Positions 28,355-41,583 of a DNA stretch of 64,000 bases are shown here, one piece after another. The stretch's first letter is position 1. Each line of letters starts with the position of its first letter. This stretch comes from Lobosporangium transversale (Eukaryota): assembly GCF_002105155.1 (NCBI RefSeq), contig NW_019028982.1, forward strand, positions 248,001 through 312,000, given 5' to 3'. The notes under the pieces are model-generated. The model did no database searches. It worked only from the letters and a program-made list of their open reading frames with translations, and was not told where the DNA came from. Position numbers and translations under genes: made by a program.

Positions 28355-31300
28355 TCATCCAACACTCCTACGAAATTTACCAAAGACGCCGCTGACGGCT
28401 ACTTTGCTTGCCTCCATCACCGTCTGATGCTTCCTCTGGCTGTTACTATCCGCAGACCCGGGTCCAGGCCCAGACAAGCGCATTTCCTCATTCATCTTTA
28501 ACACCATATTACCTACACTTCTTGTATTTACATCCATATCGTTACTTTCTAGCATCTGCAATGGCTCCATGCAGGCTACAGAAGATAAAGGCGACATAGC
28601 TGTCACCTCGACCTTCTGATCGCTGGCAGTCGCCATTGCTAAGCACCTTGGCGTTGGAACTGGATCAATTCTCATTTCCTCCATGCTTGTTGTATCTATT
28701 CTAGTAACTGCTGCCTCATTACACTTCAAGATTTTACTAGGTCTGTTGTCAGCGGTACAATTGCCATTGTTCAAATGATGCGTTGTGGTTGTCGCAATTG
28801 AATGAAAAGTTCCTGCACAATAATGGCTTGGTCCCGTCCCTTGAGCCGATTCTTGGCTTTCAAAGTAACTGAATCTTGATCCTAGATCCGAAGCTTTGCT
28901 ATAGGGCGTATTTGGCGACGAAGGCAGCTTTGAAAGCTCATCTGCTGAACGTTGCTTATTCAGGCGTGGTCGAGGTCGAAAAAGACTAGTCCCAGACCCT
29001 ATTGAGAGCGAAAGCATATTCGCAGGGGACATACCCCGTTTAATGCTTGAATCTGCTATGATCCCTGAACAGGCACTTTTCACACTTGAGGAAGTAGGCG
29101 AAGACGCTGATATCGCTGAGGGTAGAAGAGGAGTGTCCTGATATGCTAACGTACCATGGCTATTTTGCCGATCTGATCCGGAGGCATTCGAACCGCTAAT
29201 GTGTCGGCGCCGTTGCAGCGACTGATGTTGGAAAGGTATACATGACGATGGGGGGGAATGATGTGTGGTTGTAGAGCCCTTCTATAACATAACGATATGC
29301 ATAGTCAAAGGGTTCAGCAAACAGGCTGTTATTAAACTTCTTGTAATCTTAGGTTGTAGATTAGATTCGAAAGAAATCGACAAAAGACATTTGATAAGAG
29401 CCGATGTATATCCGCCCCTAGTATAATAAGTACATTTGACTTGTCTAGAAACGAACCTTGCTCTTGCCCTCCTTCCCTCGGTCCCGGCCTCGATCTCTAT
29501 CCCCTCCCGAAAGGTTCATCCATCTCGTGAGACCAGCTGTCGTTGCTCGAATTTGGGCCACAGGGCCATTAGATGTAGGAATAGTTCCTCCAGACAGCAC
29601 ATCTGGTGTCAACGGCCTAGCTGTCTCGGTAAAAGTTCTGGGTGTAGCGACATCTGCCTCCTCAATAAGCGACTCCTTGGCGCTCAAGTACCGCTGTGCC
29701 TTCTCCGAGAGTTGTATCTCAGGCGGTGAAGGGTAATAAGGGATCAATGTATTTCCTGGAGGCAAGGCGGAAGGCATATCATTGATTGGGTCATCTAGCA
29801 TTTAGGATTCAATAGAGAAAAAAGAATATCAACATCATCATCGTTTCTTCACCTCTCATGACTTGTGCGATATTGCAGTACCGTACACCAAGACTCTCTT
29901 ACTTCACATACCAATGAACTTTTCAAACGCACATTGCAAACCTCGCCATACTTCTTCTGTCTCCGTATACCCTCTTAGGATCACAAACGACTCGCCAGAG
30001 CCATCAACGTTATCACATAGCTCCAGAAACGGACATGCTGTGATTACCATTGGAGAACAAGTTTGGATCTGGCTATCAGCTTGAGTTATTGAGAGTTGTC
30101 CCTGCGATTGTAAGTTCTGCAGCAGATCCTGACCTTGGTTTAATGGTTGCTTCTGTGGTTGCTCCTGTTGATATGATATTGACTGGTGCTGTGCCTCTTG
30201 TCGATATTCGTCGTAACGGTGGTAATTTTGACTATATAGTTGATCATGATGGCCTTGTTTTGATTCTCGCTGCCGCTTCTGCTCAGCTTGGCGCTGCTGT
30301 TGTAGCTGATGCTGCTGGATTTTGGCTCTAGCTTTTTCTTCTGCTCTCTGAAGGCGCTGTTGCATATCGTGCTCTTGAAACAGTCTTGAATGCTCCAGCA
30401 TGGCTGCTGAGGCCGGCAATGCGGACTGGTTAGCCATCATGGCCTCTGGTAATGTGAGCTTTGGTTTAGGAGACCCCATATTTGCCCCCGATCTGCGTGA
30501 CCCTAGGGGAGAGCAATGTACAGAGCTCGAGGTCGATAATGAGTTAAAGTTGCTTTGTCCCTCACCACGGATATCATTTGATGTAACACATTGCCTGTTC
30601 AGCATCACAGCTTTTTGGAGATTCTGTGCCAGCGAAACAACATTAGTCGGAGCTAATGATGACAATGGGCTACATGAGCTTGGCGAGGTGGGTCCTGTAG
30701 ACGCTAATGACAATACCTGTGCTGTGGACTCTGATTCCATCGTTGGAGTTGTAGGCCAAGGTTGCTGTTGATAAGCTGCTGTACTGTGGTGTGTAGATGA
30801 GAACGAAGCCATGGAATCCTTGTGGGTGATTGATCGAGCAGGATCAACATTGTCTCCAGATGACTGTGGCGCAGAGCTTACAGGGTGTAAAGAAAGTTGT
30901 TTGGGTTGCGCTTGGGCTACGCTTGGTTCTTTGTCCTGTGGCGAGGTCATGCTCGACCAAGCCATGTTTTTGAAGCCTGATTTTGAGATAGATCCTGATA
31001 ATGACTGTGATTTCATGCCTGGAAGTGGAGGTAATGCTGCTGATGTAGTCAATGTCGAAAGTGAAGAAGAAAAGCGGTGCCTGATCTTATTTGCAACTTT
31101 AGTGGTATTGTTTGTTGCGCTGGCGGCGGTAGAAGAGTCAGGCAATGGTGAGGATGATAAAGGGGTAGAAGTGTGCTGAGACGGCGGCGAGGGTGATGTC
31201 TCAACAGCAATATTCGAAAGCGCCCCTTTCAGTACGGAGGGAGGAATTTTAATGCAAAAGAAATACATATGTATCCGTTCCGCCATCGATACCTGCACGG

Positions 31301-34300
31301 CCGTGGGAATGGGTGGTCTCCTGGGTGCCTCATGGGGCGACTTCGATAACGGCTCTGGTTCTGGCGCTCGGCCAAAACCCGCTGACGGGCACCCCTGCTG
31401 CAGATGACTTGCCGATAGATCTCGCTGAGAATATCTAAGATCAATACTATAGCTTACTCGCCGCGACAATGAGGAAGACCCAGTTCTGAGTTGAGCCTTT
31501 AGTTCGCGCTCTGCATTCTCAAGGCTCGTCTGCTTTTTAACCTCTACCCATTGGAAATGTCCTTGGTCGCTTATCGCCGCAAAACATTTGACATATCGCC
31601 CTGACCTGTCGTTTAGGTGACCGACTTCTACTTCTTCATCATCTATTTTTGACCTTTTCGAGTCTCTGGAGCTGGGCGCTGATGACGATGGTAATGCTGA
31701 AGGCAATGGCAAAGCCGGTAAAGGTGGATTACTCATGCGTCCATTTACGTGCACGGATGGCTGATCAGGTGTTTTAATAGATTCTTCCTCGGTTTCATGA
31801 GATGCGCTATTATTCTCGTTCATTGCATCAGGTAAGTAAATCCAAATGTAACCTGAGTAAAGGGGTGCAGTAGATGAGCGTGCACTAGAGGTAGCCAGGA
31901 GGATTTGGCTCGCATTATCAAGGTACTCAGTCCCGAGGATTGGTCGTCGCTTCTTGCCATCAGATGGCGAGGTTAATTGAAAGGGGATTTCAGGAGTGTT
32001 CGTGACATCGAGCGTCCGAAGCGAGCCGCTGTTGTCCGTGTCGAGCCCTATGAAAAGAAAAACAAAGTTGTACAATATTAGTCATTATCAAATCTAGATC
32101 CTACAGGGATGCAGACCAGAGCCAGAATAATATAATACATCGTATATTACAATATACCTCTTGCTCTTGCTGGTTGGTATTGAAAAGTGACTTGAGAGTT
32201 CATTGAACGGGGTCGATTGGGCTCTGTGATAGCTCTTCTCCGAATGTCCTCTTTTATCGATGAACTGGGTGCTGCACAGGCTCCTGGGAGGACTGAATGA
32301 TGATGCGGCGAGGCCGAGTTGGAATCTCGTCCGTCTACATGATTACTATGGCTCATGTTCCTGTAATGGCTGTTGAGTGCCCTTGATGGGTTGTTACTAC
32401 CTCCACCATTTAGATTTGATATGGCTGCTGCCGCATTGGAAATAAGTACTGGGTCGATGGATGGCATGGTCGCGGTTGCATGACTGAAGGATATGCCGTT
32501 GTTGATCGTGTGGTTCCTTTTGCGCTCAGATGGATAACCAGAAAAAATGCTTGGTAGAGTGGATGAGCTCTCCAGTTGATTAGAGTTAGAGTTTAGTGAC
32601 ATGGGCTCTGTACCCTGAATATACATGGGCAGGTTCAATGGGGATGCCTCGTTATTTAGGGAATTGAATATTCGTGTCCAATGATTAATTTCCTGCAGAT
32701 TCGCCGGTTGGGATAATGAACAGCATGAATGACATTAGTGGTGTTTTCAATAGCACAACAGGGAGGCGATAGCCTAGGTAAATCCTAACTTACATGCTCA
32801 TTGGGGCCACGGAAACAAAGCTCAGGGCCCGGAGGGATGTTCAGCGCAATCATGGTGGTAGACATGTTCGTTGCTGAGGACGTCAGATTCTTGAACAAAT
32901 GACGCGAATTTGGCGGCAATGTCTTTGTCGTTATATTTAGAGGCAGTGGTAACTCAATAATTTTTTTGTTTGAATCCTAGTAAATGGAGTACATTACAGG
33001 GTATCAGGACATGGCACCGTATCTGCACAGCATATATGACTAATTATAATAAATGAATAAGTGTTCTTGGTGAACGGTAAATCATTACCTTCCGCTTGTG
33101 ATAAATCAACAATTTGGACCCTTGCAACACAACCCAGCGTTCTTTCCAAACACCAGTCGGTTCTCGTCCACCATGATTTGTAAGTACGCTAGCTGGTCTA
33201 CTTTTTTTAGAAAGCTTGAACAAAGTGCCCTCAGCATAGTGGTCATAATAACTAAGATTACCGCCTGGCGGTGGGAGCTCGATGTAATGGTTACGTAGCT
33301 GTAGCTCGAGTAGATCCTGAGAATTCAGCTTATAAGAGCTGATTGTCCTGGAATCATCGAGCCAATGACCCTATATAATGTAGTTTGTTACCGAAGTAGC
33401 AATAAAAATGTTCGTTCTTAGTAAAGGTGTAGATTATGAGGAAAAGCAATACTGCCTGTGCTCATTTCCTTCATGGGGACGTACAGCAGCCACCCAGAAG
33501 AGTCCAAAGGAGTGCTTCCAGGTCTCATAATCCACTTTTGAAGCCTCACTCTGACGATGCTTTGTACACTCAACCAACATATCGTCTTGGCTGGCTACGC
33601 TTCGTTCAATATTCTTGCCAGGGTAGCTGTTATGCCGATCCCTTAAATGTGTCCATCCAGAGATACGATTTGGTGTACTTGCGTCACGGCTCACATGGTC
33701 AGGAGGTTTGGTCCCATGTATGTTACTTTCTTCGCTTTGAATGGAAGAATTTGATAGCAAACGCCTTAATTGCTGCGCTTTGCTCTGATGAATCGGCTGG
33801 TTAGCGCGCTGTTGGTTGCTTGGCCCAGTAATTCCATCATTTTTTTTGTGATAATTTGGCGGCTTTTGAGAAGCGATAACCTTAGCGTAATTACATCGAG
33901 CTAACTCATCGCCAAAACCGTGAATACTATCTTCGAACATGCCAAGGCGTTCCATAAGTGTTGCAGCACCAGTCAGTTTACTGCCCTCGCTGTCCAGTGA
34001 AGTACAAGAATGACGCGCGTTGTCATTGGAGTTCTTGCTATTATTAATCTTTAAAGAACTTTCTTCCGGTGATTGGTCCATATGGCATAATGGAGTGTCG
34101 TTACTAGTAACCGTAGCCCGCGCACTTTTGCTTCGTGGTCGTGTTAACGGCATCTTACCAACGGTTTGACTGACTACTTTGGTAGTGGTAACTGTTCCTG
34201 AGCGCGAAACTTCCTTTTGGTCAAACTCATCAATTTTCTGGCCCTGTATAGACGCTACCTCCTCTTTTCCCAGCATACGTGTCGCGTCTTCATCCGCAAT

Positions 34301-35299
34301 CGAAGTTCCTGTAAGTGACGAAGGTGCCGAGGGTGGAGTAATAATGTACTGGCATCTCTCCAAAATGAGATCGCGAGCTCTATGGACAGGAGAATCCTTC
34401 GGGACCTCGACACGAACCCATAGGTCTTTTGATACATACCGCACGTTGATGGACATCATTGATGTGTCATTAGTAGGATCAATCACTCCTTCTCCGATTT
34501 GTGGGTACGTAAATTTGCCATTGTGGTCGATATTAGCTAATGTGCTCAATGAGGAATTGGTTTTTTGTGGACGCTGTTGAGGAGAGTGACGGGATTGTGG
34601 ATATTTCTGATGTACTCCACCAGCTGGAATAGATTTGGTATTCTGTCGTATGTAAAGGGAGCTATTACTCTTTGGTACAGTTGGTGGTAGTGCTGTTGTG
34701 TCAACTGATAATGGCAGAGTTCCTTTGTCCGGAGATAAAAGAGACTTTGCTGACTGATCTGTATTTAATGATGCTCCTAAGGTCGCCGTTGATACTGGAG
34801 TAGTATTTCGTTCATGTGCTTCATGAAGCGAAGCAAATGATGATGATGATGACAGTTTTGGAAGTTCAGGTGAAGAAAAGGATGATTGGATAGGGCTGGA
34901 AGGGGTCGACAAACTTAAAGAGACCCTTGGCTGAGCAGATAGTGGGGACGAAGTCGATGGCCGAGGACTTGAGGGTGTCTTCACTGATGGTGCAGAGGAG
35001 GGCGATCTGCTTAACAGGCTACCTGATCTCCCATTATCAGGAGCATCAGATATATGTTCTTGTTGACCATGCGACAGTACACTTGGTGTAGCTCTTGGTG
35101 AGAGCGCTACTCCAAAGTTTATTCCTGCTGAGCCTGATCTGTCCGCTAATAGTGGACCTATTTGGTGTTGCTGCTGAAAATGATACTGAATAGAAGGCCT
35201 AGTCACACCAGGATGACTTCTATTGAGTTGACGATGTAGAAGAAGCGTATTCTGCATCAACGAATCCAGAGCGTTGATGTCCATATTGTGCAAAGTCAT
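28355..35299 (-). CDS. Large low-complexity protein with a split ubiquitin-like (talin FERM-F0-like) domain, a PH domain and a probable second split PH domain
   Basis: Exons 35299-33485, 33370-33089, 32976-32794, 32692-32158, 32047-29912, 29794-29457, 29281-28355 are phase-consistent. PH motifs EGTLFKLS...VWKERWVVLQGSKLLIYHK...LCFRGPNEHEINHWTRIF. Confidence 0.8.
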
Positions 35300-35841
35300 A
35301 ATATCAGCAAATTAGTTGCGATGATGTACTGCAGAAGTGAGAAAGGAGGAATCGAAGTAGAATGCAAAAAGAGAAAGAGAGAGAGCGTCAGAAGAAATTA
35401 ACATCAGCAATAATTACAATGACAGCTGTAAATTATCGGCAGATATTGTATGGTGTTTATTCATAGCTAGGAAACATAAAAAAGAAGAGTGTTTCCTATC
35501 CTCATCTTCCTCTATCGACATCCTTCAACACATAGGACATTTTGATCTCAATAAATTTTACACAAGTGTGGAGTATGAAGTGCGAACTGAAATGTAGAGC
35601 ACAGATTCCGACAATCCATGTGGGGTAGAAAGTTATTTTATTATATACATACTCATCTTACTCACGCGAAAGATAGAGTTCCAGAGTGTGGATGAGCAAT
35701 GGATGCGAACGATCGTTGATAGATTGAATATATCCAAAATGTATTACACACGAACTTAGCACAGTAACTGCGTGAAGCTGTGTCGAGAAAGGAAGACAAG
35801 AAAGAGTATGTGTGAGAGCGAGAAAAGGTAAGAGATGAAAC

Positions 35842-35872
<31 letters not shown>

Positions 35873-38800
35873 GAAGAGAAGAGAGGAGGGAAAAGAGGAG
35901 TACAATTGATCACAACGAAGGATGGTGGAAGCGCGAGTGGAATGAGGAAGTTATGAATGATGGAATGCAATGAATTAGCAGGTTGAGTTGTTCAAACATG
36001 AGAGAATAGGAGTGGAGTAGCGCTTTGATAAGATGAGGTTTTTTAAAGTGGAATAAATGAAGGTGGAGATAGAAAGACAGAAAAGGACGAAAGATGAATG
36101 GACGTTCTGCGGAGCAAGAGTAAAAATGGTCCAGGATTCTATGCAAGGCTCAAAAAAAAGGACTTTTTGTTCACTTTGTCTATTTAATCCAACTGTCTAC
36201 TCACTTCTGTTCACGGAGAAGAGGAAAAGAAATAATAGAGAAGAAGCCTGACGTTGTTTTGCTCGCAGAAGAGTTCTGTGACATGGAATGGGAAGAGGAT
36301 TTCCCATTCGCAGTTCTCCTTCTGCTCCAACGTCGTCTTGTAATTGCAATATTGTCGAATGAAACTGTAGCCCTATTATTTTGACTTTTTTTTTTTTTGT
36401 ACATGCATGCTGCTTTGTTTTATTTGTAAGTGGCCCATCCAAGGAGCATGAAAAGAGTAGGAGAAGAAGCAAAAAAAAGAAGGGGTCAAAAGAGGGGGTT
36501 ATGGGAGACATGGGGAGACAGTTGGTCCTCATTATTATTTTAATGTGTAGTTGAAGATGGATAATTGACTCAGGGGAACTATTCAATTGATGAAAAACCC
36601 CATTCGTCCGCTTGGGCGGTGCCCATATTCAAATATTTAACGACAACGCTCTGTAATAAATAATAATAAAAAGGCATCATTTGCCATTCGCTCACTTTTT
36701 TTGCTCTGCCTCTGAGATCCAGAATGGACCAGCATGAGAGCGTATGCGCGTCTCTATCCGTAGGAGCAGTTTGGTCGCAGAAAGCGGGGCAACAAAGGCG
36801 AAAAAAGTACTCAGTAGAATCTTGTAGGCAACTCAGAAACCAGCCAAATATCGCCATGGCCATTTTCCCGGAATCATGACATGCGTAAGATCGTTATTTC
36901 TGGTTCCATTGTGGTGATTAGCTAAATGCGGGGACGATATTCATCACATTGCAAAGAAAGAGATAGATTCAGCGATATCCAGTAATAAAATACAGCATGC
37001 ATGAATTCAGTGATTGATTAAGCTAAACATTTATTCTTGGTTGTTTCCTCCATCCATGTTTTTCCCATTGTTGGCTGCATGCAAGTGCACCCTCCTGAAG
37101 GGATTTGGCGCATGACTATTCATTCTTACAACGGCCAAGGAGTGCTAATTCATGCAAAAAATTGTTCAATGGTTACACCGGGTCCTGGGCCCAAAAATTG
37201 AATACAAACATTTATTGAATGGTAAGTTTAAATTATAATGGGATAAGAGCTCCACTACGCCTGGAGCCGGTAATTGGTGGGCTGCGCTGTTTTATAACTA
37301 TAATGTTGGACATAAAATAGTGGACACAGAGGTAAACTAGTGGTGACCAGGCACAGAGACACCTGTTTATCATTTAAGGGGATGAAATATGCAAGAGCCA
37401 CCTGTATCAAGATGACACGATGAATTCCATCAGTTGGTTGCTTCTATTTTCGCAATCTCTTAATTTCGGCCTTTCCATTTTTGTTCCAAATTAGGTGGTT
37501 AACCTGCAGCCGACTCAAGGAATGAATGAATAGTATAGGGCGCGTATCTTGTCTTCCATATCAACAAAAGAAGGATAAAAAAAACACGGTATGTATATAT
37601 TATTTCATGGAGTATCTTTCGCATAGTTGTGGTGCTTTTTCTCTCTGCTGCGCTACTAAGATAAAATATAGGTTCGCTCTATGAATTGATCAATTATCAA
37701 AAAATAGTATACTCTATATACGATGTGCAATGTCGCTTTGCTCCTTTATGGCTGTGGAACTAAGCAGGATCCCAATCCTGTTTGGAGAGCACAAGAAGGA
37801 AAGTATTCAATGTTGGATATACTTCGCTTTTTTTTTTTGGTAGTCTGTTAATTCTTTTGAACTGTCAGAGCACAGTGATTGAATTTTCAAAGCGACTTAA
37901 TACTATAGCCACTTAGACCCTTGCAACAGTGTCCTTGATCTCCTTCCTGCACCCCTTTTTCTAATATCCACTACTTAAATCAAAGAGTTGTGGATATTGG
38001 ACCATGACCTTGTGCTCTTATATGAGAATATGGAATTGGTGACACGCATCAATGGACGCAGCATTTTTCGACTTCGCTGACACTCATGCATGGGTATTAG
38101 GGGAGCGCAAACTCCTTTACTTGCAACGGATTTTTCTGATTGCGAGTAAACGAGAAAGAAGTTGTTCATGGAGAAACTTGTATAAATATGCACCCCCCAG
38201 CTTTCCTCTATCAGCACATAATTAAAGTTAGAGGTGCATGCGTGAATTATAGGTAAAAGAGGTTGAAAAAAGGAGCATTAAATGACAGAAAAGCCTTTTT
38301 GCAATAAGAAATGTTTTCTCTTATTTCTAAGCGCAATCTAACAGTATATTCAATAGGTGAACTCTGGAAGATAAGACAGTGAAGACTTGACATGCCCTTG
38401 CATAGCTGTTTTATGGTTGTAACGATAGATACCTTAACGAAGAGAAGTGTTCAGTCTTATTTGTTTGCACTTGCACCAACTTTTGTTTAATGCCTGACAT
38501 AATGGAATCAATTCTCAAAGATCCTTTACTGCTCTCTGATTACAATTCTCTTCTGAGCTCTTCCCAAAATTCGGGATTCTTGGTTGCATTTGGAAATAGC
38601 ATCCAAAGACAGAGAACCAAAATCATACAAACGGGCATTGGTCCAGGTGAATGAATAACGAGCTCAAAGGCACTCATGGAGTGCATGAGAGACGCTGATG
38701 TGGCCCAATGTTTTATCTTTCCGCTACCATTTTGCATAGCGTTGCTAAATGTTCGCGGGGATTGGGGAGATCATGACCGAACCATTATTTTAGTTGAGGC

Positions 38801-39194
38801 ATCTTATTTACTTCGTACATAGACTTTTTTTTTTCTTACTCGGATCTACAAGCGAATGACCGGTCTTCAAGTAGAACTGTGAGAGAATGGGTTGATCACT
38901 TTGTGTAAAAAGTATCTCGAAGGTCTATACTTGTCATACGATTTCTTCCGTATATCAGTGAGCATGTTGCCCTGATGTCTGATAGACTCTTCTAGCGAGC
39001 AATAGCTTGGTTCAAAGGCCTTGAGTGCTGTAAAAAGACAGCCGGAGAAACCAAGCTTCCAGATATATACCAATTCAGTAGCACAATAACGAGTGCACGT
39101 GGACAGATTGGTGTTTAGCACGAAGCCACATGAGACACTAGGTCATGAAGGATGCATTTAAACAATTCCAACGATCCGCTCATTACCACTTGTA

Positions 39195-40691
39195 ATGGCG
39201 TCTGTGAAAGTGCACGCCCTGGATTTAGATGAGATATGTTCTTTGATCGCAAAATTCATGACAAAGGTTGAGCTCGCCAACTGCCTGAAAGTCTGTCAAG
39301 CGTGGCATCATAGCTTCCTTCCACATTATTGGCATACAATCCTTGTATCACCACATAAACTCACTCGCTGTCATGAAGAGTCTCTACTAAAGTATGGTTC
39401 CCTTGTTCGGTCTTTGTCCGCCGGGCGCATTGAAGATACTTCTGTCTTTGATCAACCATCTGTTTGCTATCTGCAAAATCTCGAGGTTACCACGATCGGA
39501 TCCAGGACACGACATGATTGCGGGCGAGGATGCTTGCCAAACATTATATACAGAAATAGGGAGACATTGCATTTCCTTACATGGCGTTGCTATGGACAAA
39601 ATACTCTCTCACGACAGCCTTATCAAATTCATGTCGATTTGTTTGCAGGTTTGAAGAATCTGGTGACAATGGAGCTTTGTAACTGGTCGATCAGCAGTGG
39701 CGACTTTGTACAACTGCTATGTTCATGCCCATCCTTAAAGAAGTTGACACTGGATGCCATAAATGGACTTGAGCAGGCTGGCGATGGAGAGATGCATGAG
39801 CAAGATGGAAATAATGACCTTAGCAATTTTCTCCGGAATAGAAGCTGCAATACCGCGTCATCATTCACGCATATTGGATTAGATGAATTAACCTTTATTG
39901 GCAGGGTTGTACCCAGAATCCTTCCGCTTGTGCCCAATATCACGCATCTCATCTTCAAATCACTCCTCAATGGTGATTTTCATGGCCTTCAGCATCAAAT
40001 CAACTTGTCCCAATGTCTCACGCATATCACAAGCCTGTCTATGCCAACAGAGTGTGTGGACCCATCAGAGTTTATGTGCCTAATTCGCAAAATACCTCGT
40101 GACCAATTGGCATGGTTTGAGGGCAAAGTGCCAGTTACTTTAGCCCAAGAGTTTTTAAGGACCATCATCCAACGACAATCGCAAACGATTGAGACCCTGG
40201 TCATTTTAAACGGCGAGGACGATAGACTCTATATTGGAAGTCGGTCATCTGAAGAAGGAGATGAGGAACCATTTATTGTTTGGAAGCTTTTCGAATGCTC
40301 TCCACAGTTGATCACTGTAGTAATTCCATATAATCTTCAGCCAGTTTTCTCTACATTTAATACTAACGATGGAGAACAACCGACGTTGAACGTGCTGCAG
40401 CAACAGATCTATTATCTGCCAGCGAGGGAATGGGTTTGTTCGGAGCTGAAGCGACTTTATTTGCGACTGAAGGATATGGACCGTAGACATCCTATGGATC
40501 AGATAACATTTAATCTGTGCGTAGAACGGCTTTTGCCACCAGACGAAAGACGTGTCGATGACAATACCAAAAGATCAAAGACGAAAACACCTTTGGAGAA
40601 CATGATAATGGAGAGGCTGTCTAGCTTACATAAACTGCAGAGCCTGAATATTGGAAACGGTTGGTTTCCATTACCCAAAGCATACAAGTAG
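39195..40691 (+). CDS. Intronless F-box / RNI-like LRR protein
   Basis: N-terminal F-box ALDLDEICSLIAKFM...CLKVCQAWHHSFLPHYW, LRR-like repeats, C-terminal WVCSELKRLYL. Confidence 0.85.
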   Translation: MASVKVHALDLDEICSLIAKFMTKVELANCLKVCQAWHHSFLPHYWHTILVSPHKLTRCHEESLLKYGSLVRSLSAGRIEDTSVFDQPSVCYLQNLEVTTIGSRTRHDCGRGCLPNIIYRNRETLHFLTWRCYGQNTLSRQPYQIHVDLFAGLKNLVTMELCNWSISSGDFVQLLCSCPSLKKLTLDAINGLEQAGDGEMHEQDGNNDLSNFLRNRSCNTASSFTHIGLDELTFIGRVVPRILPLVPNITHLIFKSLLNGDFHGLQHQINLSQCLTHITSLSMPTECVDPSEFMCLIRKIPRDQLAWFEGKVPVTLAQEFLRTIIQRQSQTIETLVILNGEDDRLYIGSRSSEEGDEEPFIVWKLFECSPQLITVVIPYNLQPVFSTFNTNDGEQPTLNVLQQQIYYLPAREWVCSELKRLYLRLKDMDRRHPMDQITFNLCVERLLPPDERRVDDNTKRSKTKTPLENMIMERLSSLHKLQSLNIGNGWFPLPKAYK

Positions 40692-40745
40692 AGTGTAGAG
40701 AGTAAAGCATCGTTTAGGCCTTATAAATTATATATCTTTGGTTTG

Positions 40746-40776
<31 letters not shown>

Positions 40777-40852
40777 GGGGTCTGAATTGTGGATTTTTTA
40801 TTCGATCAAAACCACAGCAAATGACTAGAAGAGGGGAAAAAATAGTCCTGAT

Positions 40853-41552
40853 CTAAGTCTGAGGAACAAATGCAATAGCACTGCTCAAGTATTCAAACAA
40901 TGACTTTTCTCGGAAACCTTGAATGACGCCTTGATTCCGACGAGGATAGTGTATAATGGACTCGATCACTCGCTCTATAAGGCAGTAAGTTATTTTATTA
41001 AAGGTTAAGAACATTTTCATTGACCTGAATGCGTTACCTTTGTATAGATCGAGATTAAATAAATCCAAAAACTTTATGCTTACTGGGCTCGATAGGTTTG
41101 TTGATAGCTTCAACTGCCTTGACGAAAGCTTCGATTTCGTCCTTGAGTGCATGCATACCAAATGTATAGTACAGTAAGTCATCACCAGTTCGTTGGTCTT
41201 CAGGATGGAAGGCACCACAGATAGAGGCCGCAATCCATTGAAGGACAAATTTGAGTTGTAAATGACCGCCAAAAGCGCCGCAGCCCCAGTTTCCTGTAGC
41301 AATGGGACGGTAGAGATTTGTAGCCTGATTTTGGCCTTGGGGAATCATCTGGTCTCGGTCTTGCGGACGAGCAAGGCCCCATTCAGAAGCGTTGATAGGG
41401 GATACACGGTATCCAGCAATAGCTTTGTTAATCTCACGCAGAAGATAGTGGCGCTCAAACTGTTCAAGCCGTGAAACTCTAGACTTGAAAGGCCTAGCAT
41501 CAATAGCGCAAATCTCGGTCATTCGGCGACCGATCTTGTCACTAAGTATTTC

Positions 41553-41583
<31 letters not shown>

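Noticed and set aside
38540..39121. Cytochrome P450 relic (NPEFWEELRREL, EESIR, YRPSRY)
   Set aside because: Motifs are in the wrong order and spacing, and there is no heme-Cys motif.
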